64,000 nt of DNA. Origin: Gnetum montanum. Its lineage: Eukaryota > Plantae > Gnetophyta. Location: NCBI GenBank assembly GCA_015680685.1, contig MNCI01000003.1:604193-668192 (forward strand). Reading direction: 5' to 3'. Under the pieces are notes generated by a model. That model had not been told where the DNA came from and did not search any database. It was given only the letters and a program-made list of their open reading frames with translations. Position numbers and translations under genes: made by a program. Of the stretch, positions 40,330-52,640 are shown in pieces (within the stretch, counting starts at the first letter, position 1; each line of letters begins with the position of its first letter).

Positions 40330-40805
40330 ATATCATTATCATCATGATCGTAGCATTGTCCCAACAAAATTGGGTTGGCTACATGAGTTTTTTTTTTTTT
40401 TTGCTTTTTTCTTTTTTCTTTTTTACATTTGCCTATATGAAGGGCTAGATTTTTTTTATTTGCAATTTCAGTAAATCATTTTTGATCATTTTTTTCTATA
40501 TCTTCTTTGATTTTCCTTTTGATGTAGCAATCTTTCTTTGTAGGCTCATTGTCTAATCTTTTTTGCATATGTCGAAACCATCTAAGCCACAATTCTTGTA
40601 GCTTATTTGAAATATAAGTCATCCAAGTTTTCCTCTAGCATTTTTATTATGTAGTTTATCTCTTCTAGTAACATTCAACATCCATCAAAGTATTCACATT
40701 TTTACTATGCTTATTTGTTGTTCATGCCTCTTTTGTACAAGCTAGCATTCAACACAATATAAAATAGTAGGCCGAATTGTTATCTTGTAAAATTTTCCCT
40801 TTTGT
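40330..40805 (-). mobile_element. 5'-truncated plant RTE-clade LINE fragment nested in LINE-b
   Basis: KGKFYKITIRPTILY and LRWFRHM motifs. 3' end CATGTAGCCAACCCAATTTTGTTGGGACAATGCT with an (ATG)n-like tail, typical of plant RTE1 ends. Confidence 0.8.
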
Positions 40806-41720
40806 ACAACCTAGCATTTAGAACTACTAAATCATATGCTTTTGTAAATTGAATAAAAAAAATAAAAAAATTGTATTAGGTATTTTTTTTCAAATTCTCT
40901 GTAGTGTTTGAGCATAACTAAGTGATCAATAGTGAAATGGTTTTATCTAAAACCTAATTGACACCTTCTCCTGCCTAGTTAACTTTAGCCTAAGAATTGA
41001 TTATCTTTTCCATCAAAGTGTCTAACAACTTAGTAAAGATATTACTCACAATAATCATTCAATAATTATTTAAATTATTTTTATCCTCCTTTTTTTATAA
41101 CCAAATAACTTTACTAGTTTTCCAATGTTGATCAAATCCTTAATCCATTGTTAAACTTAATCTATGACAAATTTCTCTATAAAGAGTAGGTCCTACTTAC
41201 ATTAATAATTATGCACATAAATCATTTGAATCTATAGCTTTGCCATATGCTACATTTTTTAATACCCTCTATGAATTCCTAAAGAGTAAATTAGAGAAAT
41301 GTTTATTGTACAATAACAATAGAATTAACATCTTCTCTTGTAAATAGTTTATTGTAAATCAAGCAAATATATTAAAAATAAAAATTAAATGATGAAGATA
41401 ATTTATGATGAAAACATTATCAAAACTATCTAGGCTTCTTTTTAATAGTATAAGAAAAATATTTGTACTACATCATGGTAAATTTTATTCTCTTGGTTCT
41501 AATCAAGAATTTGTATATCTTAACTAAACTTTATCTATAACTCTTATTTACATTCTTAATATTTTTTCTGGTCTATATACAATTCTTATCAAACCAAGTC
41601 TTCTAGGTATCATGTTGTTGTAAATGAATAACTTGCTTAGCTACTATAAGAAAAATTTACTCAAACTTTTTATGTTGTTTTTCAAAAGTCCATTTGTTAT
41701 GTGTTGCATCCATATATTTC

Positions 41721-44700
41721 ACAAAATGGATTGAGGTTTTTGTGAAGCAAAATGAATAATTTGTTTTTCAAAAAAAGTTGAAGATTGCATCATGGCATCA
41801 TCACAAGGAAGGTAAATAAAATCTTCCCTACAGCAACTATGATTGAAATCCTAATCAAAAAATGGGAAACTATTATTTTCAAACTCATATTGGTTGATGA
41901 TATTTTCTAGCTAAACAAAGAAATCTTGTGTTGATTAGTAACTCTTAAAGAAAAAGTTGAGTAAATGGAGATTAATGTTGCACAAAAAGATAATAAAAAA
42001 TTATACATAAATTAACATTGCTGTAATCTAAGATTGAAAAAAGTCACAATGAACTCAAAAAATTAGCAATAGAAACAATGATGGGAACTACAATCACAGC
42101 TAAATTAAAGAAGCAACATTGGAAAAAGATAAAGGGACAAAATTTACAATTTATTGGTATTCTAAAAAAAAGAATGAAAATAATCAACAATTGTTTATAG
42201 AAGTTGAGTAAATTAGTAAGGATATGCATATTACTTTTCCAAACGTTAATCAAGCATTTACAATTCCATAAGATAGAGGTGAAAAATCTCTATTGTTAAG
42301 TTTCATGATGTAGAAGATAAAGAGTTTTTTTAGAGGCATCATAGTCACTTAAAGTAGAGTCATCAAGGAAACAAAATTTGGATACATGAAGTTCTCACAT
42401 GAAAGTAGCTAGCAAAAATAACTGAACATTGGAAAAAAGTTAAAGCTACACATGAAAAATATTTTGTTGCATATTTGAATGCTAGCAATGTGGCAATTAT
42501 TAGAAATAAGAAACATTCAAAACAAAACTTTTCAAAAAAATATATAGACCCTTTATATTGTGGTTTTATTAATACTGATTGTGACATTACAAAAATAATT
42601 ATTCTTTAAATAGTATTAGTTTCTTTAATTTTTTTGATAATTTTTAATTTAGAAAAAATGTAAGAGGATGAGGGCTTTGAAGATTTGACTATTTCAAGTT
42701 TTATTAAATTTGTTGTAAATAGTATTAAAAATGTAGAAGACAAAGACCCTCTAAAAAATTTATTTACTTAGTTAGAAATCCTTTAAAGTAGTTTGTGCAA
42801 CTACATAAGATAGATGAGTATAAGTGATATATTTAGATAAAAATCCATAACTAGCTTTGACACTATATTGATCCATATCATTCCTAGCTTTGACACTCTA
42901 AAGACAAAAATATTAATAAAATGGCACAATAATTTTTAGAATGGACAAAGGCTCTAGATCTTCTCATCTACAATGATCTTATAAGGTTTTCACATTCTAT
43001 AACATTCTCTTTTAAAGGACCTCAAGGTAACTCCTATATTGATTTTCTTTTATACTCTATTACAAATATTTAATATATCATAAAGTTTAAAGTAGGAAAT
43101 AGGTTTGTGGAATCATGTCATCATCATTTAGACTTTCTGTTACAAATTAATGTGTTCCATAATGTTGAAAAGAAGAAGAAAAAGAAATATACCAAATGAG
43201 AATAACATCAAAGGCTAAACAAAAAATATTAGGAGGTCTTACAAAATCAATGGAATATTGAAAGACAGGTTAAGGAATTCGAGTGAACATAAATAGGGGC
43301 AATTAAATAGGTTATTAATGAATACAAGACCCATGCTTAAAAAATATGGTTTCATGATGATTGTGTGCAAGCTAGAATGGGATATTAAAACATCTAATAA
43401 AAATCAAAGTTAAAATTTGATATGCCAAGAACAACAAGAATATTTTACATACATGAATTTAAAACCCCCAAAAGTTTTGGAAATATTTTCATTGCAAAGT
43501 CTCTTCATCACTTAATTTCCCTTTTTATGAAATTTGTACATTCTATCATAATCTCTTTTCAGGAGAGACTATTAATTACTATTTTAATTCTTGTCATAAT
43601 TCTATCCAATTTACTTTGAATAAAGTAAAAAAACATTAATAAATTAGCAACTAAAAAAGATGTTGATTCTAATGGTTTGTATGTGGAATCACTTAAATGG
43701 ACAAGGACTTCTATTCATAAAAAAAATTGTCATCAACTAAAGTTGATTATGAAGAATGCCTTAAATTAATAATGGAAAGTTAGCAAGGCACTACTCATAT
43801 ATAGAAACGTAATCAAAATAATTTGAATAGCTATCACATAATAGTTGTAGATAATATTTTTACTAAGTTATTAGGCACTATTCTTGAGAAAAGGACTTAG
43901 CACTTGGGCAAAAGATAATAACGTAAGACTAATGTGTCAAGCTAATTTTATGCATTACCATTCCATAATTAACTACTTAGTTACACTTAGATATTATATG
44001 GAAGCTACAAAAAAGCCTAATAAAAAAAATTTTATTTGCTTTATTGACTTTGCAAAAGTATATAATTTAGTGATCTATAGCAATTTGTGATTGTGCCTTG
44101 GCTATGCCAAAATAGTTTAGACATCTCTATAGAATTAATGGCATCAATACCAAAGTTATATGAAGAAGTCATCATTAAGCTTAAAGACAAAGAATCACAG
44201 GAAAATTTTTAATTTTAGAGCAATATTGAAGTGAAGCAAAGATATCCTTTATCATAAACTCTTTGGCCTTTTTATAGATGAGTCGCAAGACTAGATCTAT
44301 ACAGTAAATAATAAACACGATATCAAGATTGAATCCTATGAAGTGAACTTACGTCTTTATGCAAATGATGTAGCTTTAATTTCTACTTCTGAAAAAGGTA
44401 TGCAAAACATGTTCCAAATTCAAAAAAAAAATTCTATTTTGGCTTTCAAGTGAATGTAGAAAAAATAAAAAGGATGGTACGAAATACAAGAAATACAAAT
44501 TTTAATCTTAATTTTAATTTTAATTTTAGAGCTACAAATGTATAAATAGTGAACTCTTTTAGATATTTGGATTTTCATTATGCAAGAAATTACAAATAGA
44601 ATAACTATGTCAAAGAGAGAATAGTAGAAGAAATTAAGGCTTTATATGCTATTAAAAAATGTAAATCATTAGAATTATGGGCTTGGAAGATTAGAAAACA

Positions 44701-45525
44701 AATATCTCAAGCTGTTATCATCTTAAAGTGTTCTATGGATGTACTATCTAGGGACTAGGCCTTAGTGCAAAAAATTGGCAAGCTATTGAAAAGGTGCAAA
44801 AGATGTTTCTATTAGATAAATTGAAGATGAAGGTATAAAAAAATTGTCATATTTTTAGAAGATGAAGGTATAAAAAGCTATTTATCAATTCAATAGTTAT
44901 ATTTATAGTCTACTAAAAACTATGTAAGCTAAATTTTCTAAAGTAATTCTAGAAGCACAAAAGAACAAGTATGGTAATTTTAGGGAATAAAATGGCTAAA
45001 AGCATAGAATCTCTCAATAGAAGTAGTGCAACATAATCCTAAACATATACATAACTTAGTTAAACAACAAATGCAAAGAAAAATATGGTCAAATGTAGAA
45101 GCAAAGAAAAAATTTTACTTAGATAACATTACAAGTAATCAACTTGATTCATAGATTTTCTATCTAGCTAAAGTCCTAATCATATCTTGCAACATAGCAA
45201 GCTTCAATTGAGTTTACCGCGATTGAGGATAAAAAGTAAGAGATGGATTAATCTTCCTAGAGAAGAATGCACATGTAGGCTTTATGGATTAACATCTCTT
45301 AAGAACGAATACCATGTCTTTCTTATTTGTCCTCTAAGTAATCATCTCTACTAAAGTTATAATAGTGCAACAAAAAGTTTGTATAACTTAACTTTGTTAC
45401 ATTTAGTGGTGCTTAGCCACTTTGTTAAATTTATTTTTATTTTTCATTAAATGAATGTATTTTATGTCCAATAGATCATGTTTGGTCTATAGACATAATA
45501 AAATCTTCAATTTTAGTTTTAGTTT
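41721..45525 (+). mobile_element. LINE-c: near full-length decayed LINE with ORF1 (~41900-42540) and ORF2
   Basis: TSD CATATATTTC (41711-41720) / CATATTTTTC (45526-45535). ORF1 motif IVKFHDVEDK..LK..GNKIWIHEVLT. ORF2 motifs FIDFAKVYN, VKQRYPLS, LYANDVAL, FRYL. 3' hairpin, AATAAA, (TTTTAG)n tail. Confidence 0.88.
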
Positions 45526-47039
45526 CATATTTTTCCTTGACTTTGTACTGAACCTTTTTTCTATTTTTATCTTTTTGACATTTAAGAAAAAATTTAAATT
45601 TGCAACAAAAAACTTTACATGATAATGAAAAGACTACACTAAATCTTCTCTAACTTTCAATCCATTATAAATTCAATATGTTCATAAGAACATAAAAGCA
45701 AATCAATGCAAGAGTTACCTTGAGGTCTTATGAAAATAAATGATGAAGATTAAGGAATTCTAATAAGGCTATTGCAAATGAGATAATCAAAATTTTTTTG
45801 TCTATTCTAATAGTCATTGATCCATCTTATTAATAGTATCATCTACAAAATGTTGTGCTAGTTGTGATCTTTAACAATGTCTAAAATGCTAGAATTTTTG
45901 TTTGCTGCAAACCTATCCTTGCATTAAAATCTCCATAAATAAACACTTAGTCTTTTGTTAAAAATTCTACAATATCTCTACCTAAGAACTGAAAAGTATG
46001 ATCATAAGATAACTCTAAATCATACAATGTAGCATCTCTACAGGAAAAATAGCATATGGCAAGGAAAGCACAACCATGGTGATAAACAATTTTTAATCAA
46101 ATATATTGTTTGTGATCATAAATTTTTTCTAAAGCATATAATTTTTAAGAGATTTCCTCATTAAAAATCCAATGCCATTAAAAGGCCTTCCTCTTCATTT
46201 GCTCTTGCATTTCTTGCAAAAAATTTAATGAATCTAGAAACTATAAAATCTACAAATACAACATCTTCCTATGTTTCAACAAAACCAAAAACATCAAAGC
46301 TATCAAAGAAACTAATGCTATTTAATAAAACAACTTTATTTTCAATTCCACTACCTATATTAAGAAATCTACATCTTAAAGGACCTATATGTTTTCTAAA
46401 TATTTTTTTAGAATGCTTTTTCTATAATTACTATCATGTTTGTAGCATTTAGATATATTACAAAATCCTTTTCTGAGGTTGCCTTAACATTTTTCCAGTG
46501 TAGTACTTAGTTAAAGAGATTAACGCTTTTCCTTTTCTAGCTTTAAATCCTTGTAAGTTATGGACTAGTTATGGACTGATGCTCTATTTTCCTTCTTTTC
46601 TTTAAAAAATTTTAAATCCTTAATTATAGTGTGGGATAAGGCTAATGAAATCTACTGCAATCCTAAGGAGTTTTTATCTTTTAAGTATGTATTTGGAAAA
46701 GGTTTTTGCTCTTTTAGATTTTAAACATGATCAAATCCGCTACAATATTGTATTTAGAAAAAGGTTTTTATTCTTTTAGGTTTTAAACATGATCTTTGTA
46801 GCTTCAGCATATGCTAGCTTTGGACTTTGAACCGTGGTTGCTAACCACCTCACCATTAACACTTAACCATCAGCTAGTGCCATAGCATTTTTTTAACTAC
46901 ACGTACGAATAGAATTCTTTTGCAAGTTAGTGTGCAAGTTGTCTTCTCACACGTATGAATAGAATTCTTTGCTAGGAAAGCAATGGAACAAGTACACCTT
47001 TAATACAAGCTTTAAAATCTAAGAGGTTTATGACCTTAC

Positions 47040-47081
47040 CTTACGCTTCAGGCCACATATTTCTGCTTCAAAAAGTTCGTT
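47040..47081 (-). CDS. MIKC-c MADS-box gene, first 42-bp K-box exon (NELFEAEICGLKRK)
   Basis: TTACAG|...|GTAAGG splice sites, exactly 42 bp, phase 0. Confidence 0.92.
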
Positions 47082-47184
47082 CTGTAACATTTAAAATTTA
47101 CGCCTTAAAAATGTGTTCCTGGCAAATCTTAAGATGCACAAGACATGAATTGCCAACCAGCTAATGTACAATGTGAATATGTAC

Positions 47185-47284
47185 CTGTCTGGCTCTCACT
47201 CTGTTGATCCCTACTTCAAGCTCTTGTTCTAAACGCTTCAATTCAGGAACAGATAGAGATGACAGCTCTTCTCCCATTGAATTC
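47185..47284 (-). CDS. MIKC-c MADS-box gene, 100-bp K-box exon (R/NSMGEELSSLSVPELKRLEQELEVGINRVRARQ)
   Basis: GTCAG|...|GTACAT splice sites, canonical 100-bp length, GEeLxxLSxxELxxLExxLE..VRAR K-box motif. Confidence 0.95.
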
Positions 47285-47464
47285 CTGACACGACTCAAAA
47301 CGTTGTACTCAATGAAACAAACGAAGATCCTTAAATTTTAAAATTTCATCCATAACTGAACATTCAGTCAGGATGATGATGATCCATAACTGAACAAAAT
47401 TAAATCATAAACTGGAAAAAAGAAAGAGAGATACTTAACGATCACGGAAGAATAAGCTGCTTAC

Positions 47465-47535
47465 CTGTGCTTATTTTCCATGGCCTTCATCTCCAGCAGT
47501 AAACTTCCTACGTCGGCACTGCTCCCTTGCTCCGA
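47465..47535 (-). CDS. MIKC-c MADS-box gene, K1 exon (SEQGSSADVGSLLLEMKAMENKH/R)
   Basis: TTCCAG|...|GTAAGC splice sites, 71 bp, ends in phase 2 matching the 100-bp exon. Confidence 0.85.
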
Positions 47536-48339
47536 CTGGAAATTACAGTTACAAAAGACAAAGCCATGGTGAATACGGAGAAGCTGCAAACCTATCTTGA
47601 TTTCATCTATTAAACCACTCTATATAATTTGCCTGCTTGTAAAATGGTAAACATGAATATGAAACAATTTTGCTTAAGGAAGTTATATTAGACTTTCAGA
47701 ATTTGTGCAACAGTTCCCGGGTACAGATGAACTTTCATCGTGGAACTTCTGGGTCGGAACTGTGCAGCAAAATGCATGAGCCATCTCTCTGTGAATACCA
47801 GAGAGAGTCAATGTACTCTTAAGGGCCACACTGTTAGCCCACGTGAACTTCATGTCATTAGTTGTGGTTAGTCTGGCACGCATTGCCTTGTGCACTTTGA
47901 CTTTTTAAAAAATAAAAATAAAATATAAAATATAAATCTCTCTTCCTTTCTAATGAAGGGAAGGATATGTAAACATAAGTTTATGCTAACAAACTCCTCG
48001 TAGAGTTGCGTTATAACCAAGATCAGGATCCATCTCTCTGCAATTTGCAAACATGAAATACAACTTTTGAAAGTTCTTTTAAAAATGTGCATGCCTGTTT
48101 CTATCCCACACATACTAACTAAAGGTGGACATCAGCAACGAAAGGTATTATGAATTTCCATATTTTGCGTATATGTTACTAAGAATGTAACCTCTCGACC
48201 TTGAGGGTGTTGCCATGTCTATGAAATTATCGTCATGTACATTGACTGAAAAATATATCCAATTTCTCATAGTCGTTTTGCATATAGAAATATGGCCATA
48301 CGCTCTATGCATCGTTAAAAATTGCTTATTTTTAAAAAT

Positions 48340-51020
48340 TTACGTCTTCAATAAGCATTTTCAGGTAAAACTCTCCTGATGAAATAGCTTGGATAAGAAA
48401 AGTTATTTAGTATGGAGATTTTAATGTTAGTATTGCTTTAAAACAAGTTCTACATCTTGAATAAAATGAACAAGATTTCACATGAAAGATGAACATTTGC
48501 ATGATAACATCATGACTAAGTTTCCTCAAAAAGGAATTTCATGAGACAGTGCCTTGATTTTTAATTCTCAATGGTATTCCATAATTCTCAGACAATGCTA
48601 CATACACACAGACAGTGCCTTGATTTTTAATTCTCAATGGTATTCCATAATTCTCAAACAATGCTACACACATTTGCAAGCTTCTAAGGAAAATCACTAA
48701 TGTACTTTTATACAATTATGACAATTTGAGCATAAAAGATATATATGTTAGGCTAAAGAATACTTAGTCACAGCATAAAAGAGGTTAGACTTTTATTTAT
48801 CAACTAGAGATCACTTAATGGGATGATGACCCTTTCTATAAATACATTAATAAAATTTGAAAAGATCCCTAAAAATTAAAATTTCAAACTTTCTAATCCT
48901 TTTTATTTAAAAGTTTCTAGAAAACCTTTGAACTCTTTTAATTAAACTAAGAAGTTGTGCTTAGTGCTTCTTAAAAATTTTCTTTTTCAATTGAAGATTA
49001 TTGCTATAGCCTATATGCTTTTACAATATCTAGTTTGTTAATCCAATGGACATGTTTGTAACTTTCATTAGGCCAGGAATTCTTTTTTTAAACCTTGAAG
49101 ATAGTTGTTACTAGTTTCTATAATATTTTTATTTCCTTAACCTAGAGCCTAGAGCTTAGGAATCCCCTATTATAGTGCTACTAGAATGTATTTATAAAAT
49201 AAAGACTTTAGAAAGCATCAATGGACTAGCTTCTAGCAAAACAATTGATGCTTAGACTTATATGTAAAGCTTTTAAACTTAAGTAGGATCATGGTTTACC
49301 TAGAAGTTTGGAAATTATTTAATATTAATATATATATATAATAAACAGCTCACAAGTGGTGCACCACAATTTTTTTGCTTTTCAAAAAAGCTGATAGAAG
49401 TCATTTCAATAATTATTAAGTTATCAAGAAAAAAGAAGTATTTGCAAAATTAGTAAGCAATGTATTGGAGAAAATATTTAATAATTGGGTAGAACTAAAT
49501 AATGTTTGGATACCTTTATAGATAGGTTACTTTGCAGGAATCTCTTGGTCACACTAAGATATTATGTTGAACAAGCTAAACTACCAACTATTAAGGTTTA
49601 TCTTTGCTTTATAAATTTCTCCAAAGACTATGACACTATCATCCTTTATCAAATATGGAAGTATTTTAAGAATATAAATATCCTAGAAGAGCTTATAGTT
49701 GCTATCCAAAAACTATACAACTATGTGCAAATTATAGCCTTGTATAATAATACTTAAAAATGGTTATCTTAAATAACTTCATCAAAGGTTTCCACTTTCT
49801 TTCCTGTTATTTAGCATATTCATTAATAAGTTAGAGCAATGGTAAATTTAGTTGCATTGAAGTCTCTTCAAGTTAGAAAAAGTCTTGTAAATGTCTTGAT
49901 GTTTATTGATGATATGATCCAAATAGCAAAAGCAAAAGTCTAAATAAACTACATATTGTAAATCTTATGTCATTTTCTACCATCTAAGAAATGAGAGTTT
50001 AAATTAACAAAACCAAAATAGTTTACTAGATCTCATAAAGATGATTTTTATCTTGGTTTTAAAAAAATAAAGTTTTGTCTATTTATAAGTGTTTAGGCAT
50101 TACATTATCAAATTGATAATCATAGTGGGAATGTATTTCTCAAAGGATTTTATATAGCAAACATGCTCTATACACAATTCACAAAAAGCATAGCTAAGAA
50201 CACATTTAGACATTGATTGTAAAGGTCAGGAATTAGAACTGCCAACAACTTGATGGATATAGTTGAAACATGTTCAAAAAAATTTTATTTTTATTTTTTT
50301 GTGTGTAGGAAATTAAGATAAAGGTTTAAACTCTATATGATATTATATTAGCATAAGAAGGTATGATACCTATAAAAATTACAAAGTTTCATTTATTTTT
50401 GTGATTTTACAAAAGATGCTTATTAGATCAAGAGTACACTTATCTACATAAATTTAAAATGCCACTTAAAATAAAGGTTAGTTTCATGAAATAAAACAAT
50501 AGCTTTAAAAATGGAATATTCAAGATCGAGACCTTATTCTAAAATCTAAAGAAGTTAGAATAAAGACTAAAGATAAAGTCAAACAGAACATGTGGAAAAA
50601 ACAAACTAGGTCAAAGAAACTTTACTTGCATTATGTTCAAGGATAATTAATAGTGCAAAAGCATACCTCAATATCTACTATAATTAAAATGTAAATTAAC
50701 GTTATAATTGCTCACCCTTATGTATATCTCATCACCTCTTATTTGAGACAAGATGGTGGATTAATCTTTTAAGAAATCAACACACATTATATTATGTGTA
50801 CATGTAGCAATGATAGATGAGGAACATGTCTTTCTTTTCTATATCTTTTAATCTATTGAGACATATATAACATTGAAATAAAAGATTTGCTCTAATTCTT
50901 TAGAGCAATGAGCCTTGGGTTACTTTCTTGATGAAGTTTTCTAGATTCATTAAACATATATGAAAAACTTATAAGAACAAAGTGTTAAGACTTGTATAGG
51001 GGTTACAATGAAATTTACAA
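48340..51020 (+). mobile_element. LINE-d: heavily decayed LINE of a related subfamily
   Basis: LVTLRYYVEQAK..LCFINFSKDYDTI (49506-49757), LMFIDDMI, SHHLLFETRWW..DEEHVFL. Internal 65-bp tandem duplication at ~48545-48672. Confidence 0.8.
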
Positions 51021-52138
51021 TGTCAAGTTGTAAAAATTAGTAGTAAATCTACTAATAGTTCATACAAATAAAATATGCTAGTGTTTCATGATAATTAATA
51101 ATAAATAATGACATGTAATTGATCTTAAGATTGGATTAGATGTTAGCATCACATTAATGTTAGATGAACAATCAAGTGGTGGACCACTCTACATAAGATG
51201 TCAACCTCTAAACCTAAGCTTTTTCTTAATTGCTAATGGACATGAGTCTATCAAAGCTTTGTCTACTCACAACATATCTTTTGTACCTTTTTAAAACTAT
51301 GTTGATATATTATGGATTTGTTGTTGATGGGACGCGATATCGCATGGGCCGCAATATCGTGTACGTGATATCGCGTCCATAGCGATATCGCAGTGCGCTG
51401 TCAAATCTATAAATAAGAGGCAACTCTCCCTTGTTTCTCATTCTAGGCCTAGACCATAGCAAAACTCTGGCAGTTTTACCTCTCCAAAGATACAATAATT
51501 TCCATGTGCCCGCAGTAAGAGCTCCAAAGTAAATGGATCTTTATTCGAGCAAATATTGTACCTGAACACAAGTTTGTGTACAGCAATAAAGACGAACTTC
51601 CTGAATAAACCTTGCAGTGCATGGACTAAGCTAAATAGGCTAAATAGGACTTTTATTTATTTTCATTTATTTTTTATCATTTACATGCTTTATTAGTTGA
51701 TTAAATCTCTTTCAACCCTTCTCTCCTAGTTAAGTGCATTCAGTACGACTGCTTCGAGCACGTGCGTTACGCTTGGTGATCCCAGCAACGAATAGCGTTT
51801 GGTAACCAAGGTTGCATTGGTTTAGCATGTGAACGGTAAGTGGGAACGAATACTAATGCTACGTTAATTAAGACTTAGTTAGTTAAAGTTAGTTAATTAA
51901 TCTCTTCACTCTTCACCTTGTCAGCACAGGAGATAAAACAAAAAAGACATAAAAATCATATAGCTCGAACTTACTTAACCATAAAACTGTGACAAATACA
52001 AGTTTGGGAAGACAATGAATGATTAACCTTAAGTGTTCCATGAGGTGTGTAGGCACTTAGTCTGCGGAGTTTGACCGGATCTCGCATGTAACACTTGTAT
52101 TCGTATGGTTGACTGTAGGGGTACCTCGCCACTCATCA

Positions 52139-52157
52139 TTGGCGCCATTGCCGGGGA
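52139..52157 (+). promoter_or_regulatory. Primer-binding site (tRNA-Asp type, Athila clade)
   Basis: TTGGCGCCATTGCCGGGGA directly after the 5' LTR, one mismatch from TGGCGCCGTTGCCGGGGA. Confidence 0.9.
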
Positions 52158-52280
52158 CTAAGTGTTTGTGCGCTAAGTAGAACATAGGAAATTATCCACA
52201 TCATTGGGAGCTTAAAAAAACTGTAGGGGTAATTAAACGAATATTTATATAATGGTTAAATAGCACACCGACAAGACACA

Positions 52281-52640
52281 ATGTCTTCTTCTTCTTCTCA
52301 TAAGAGCATTTCACTACCTAGGGATCATACAAGAAACATTCGGCAGTCTAAAACACATAACCAAAATCAGCCAGTTCCTCAACAATATAGGGTCATATAT
52401 ACTCATCATGATGAGTATATACCTTATTTTACTTTTATCCTCCATCAGGACGAACAACTGCACTGGAGAGATTTGCAAGGTAACATAGTGTTATGTCTAG
52501 ATCGTGCAGTCCCTAACATGCTTCTCTGTGCTCTGGCACAGATAGGCATGAAGGAATTATACGTTGAATATGTTGCGGAAGATTTTGACATGAGGGATTA
52601 CCATCCCATAGCAGCGCAACGTCTAAGGGACTTGAGGTAG
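52281..52640 (+). CDS. Element C N-terminal ORF (119 aa), unknown function; homolog at 27450-27803 (-)
   Basis: Intact in both B and C, with shared blocks DEYIPxFTFxLHQDEQLxWRDLQGNIVL and EYVAEDFDMRDY and the same terminal RDLR-TAG. Confidence 0.7.
   Translation: MSSSSSHKSISLPRDHTRNIRQSKTHNQNQPVPQQYRVIYTHHDEYIPYFTFILHQDEQLHWRDLQGNIVLCLDRAVPNMLLCALAQIGMKELYVEYVAEDFDMRDYHPIAAQRLRDLR

Larger units (their letters stand above)
38890..46900 (-). mobile_element. LINE-b: decayed LINE split into a 3' part (38890-41720) and a 5' part (45526-46900) by LINE-c; also interrupted by an RTE fragment
   Basis: Endonuclease VFIYGDFNARIG at ~45930; RT motifs at 39720-41260 (DKTKLMI, SFKYL). 3' hairpin and (ATTTAA)n tail at 38890-38945. 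The two parts are colinear with LINE-a once LINE-c is removed. Confidence 0.8.

Noticed and set aside
46630-46645. GTGGGATAAGGCT resembling a plant RTE 3' end
   Set aside because: Isolated short match inside the LINE-b 5' region, with no other RTE sequence or tail.
47683-47895. 70-aa ORF upstream of the K1 exon as a possible I-domain exon
   Set aside because: No I-domain similarity and no convincing splice donor in phase.
51325-52138. Hammerhead ribozyme (retrozyme) in the LTRs, prompted by TGATGAG motifs
   Set aside because: No CTGATGA...GAAA core with flanking stems found; the motif is simply the LTR terminus.
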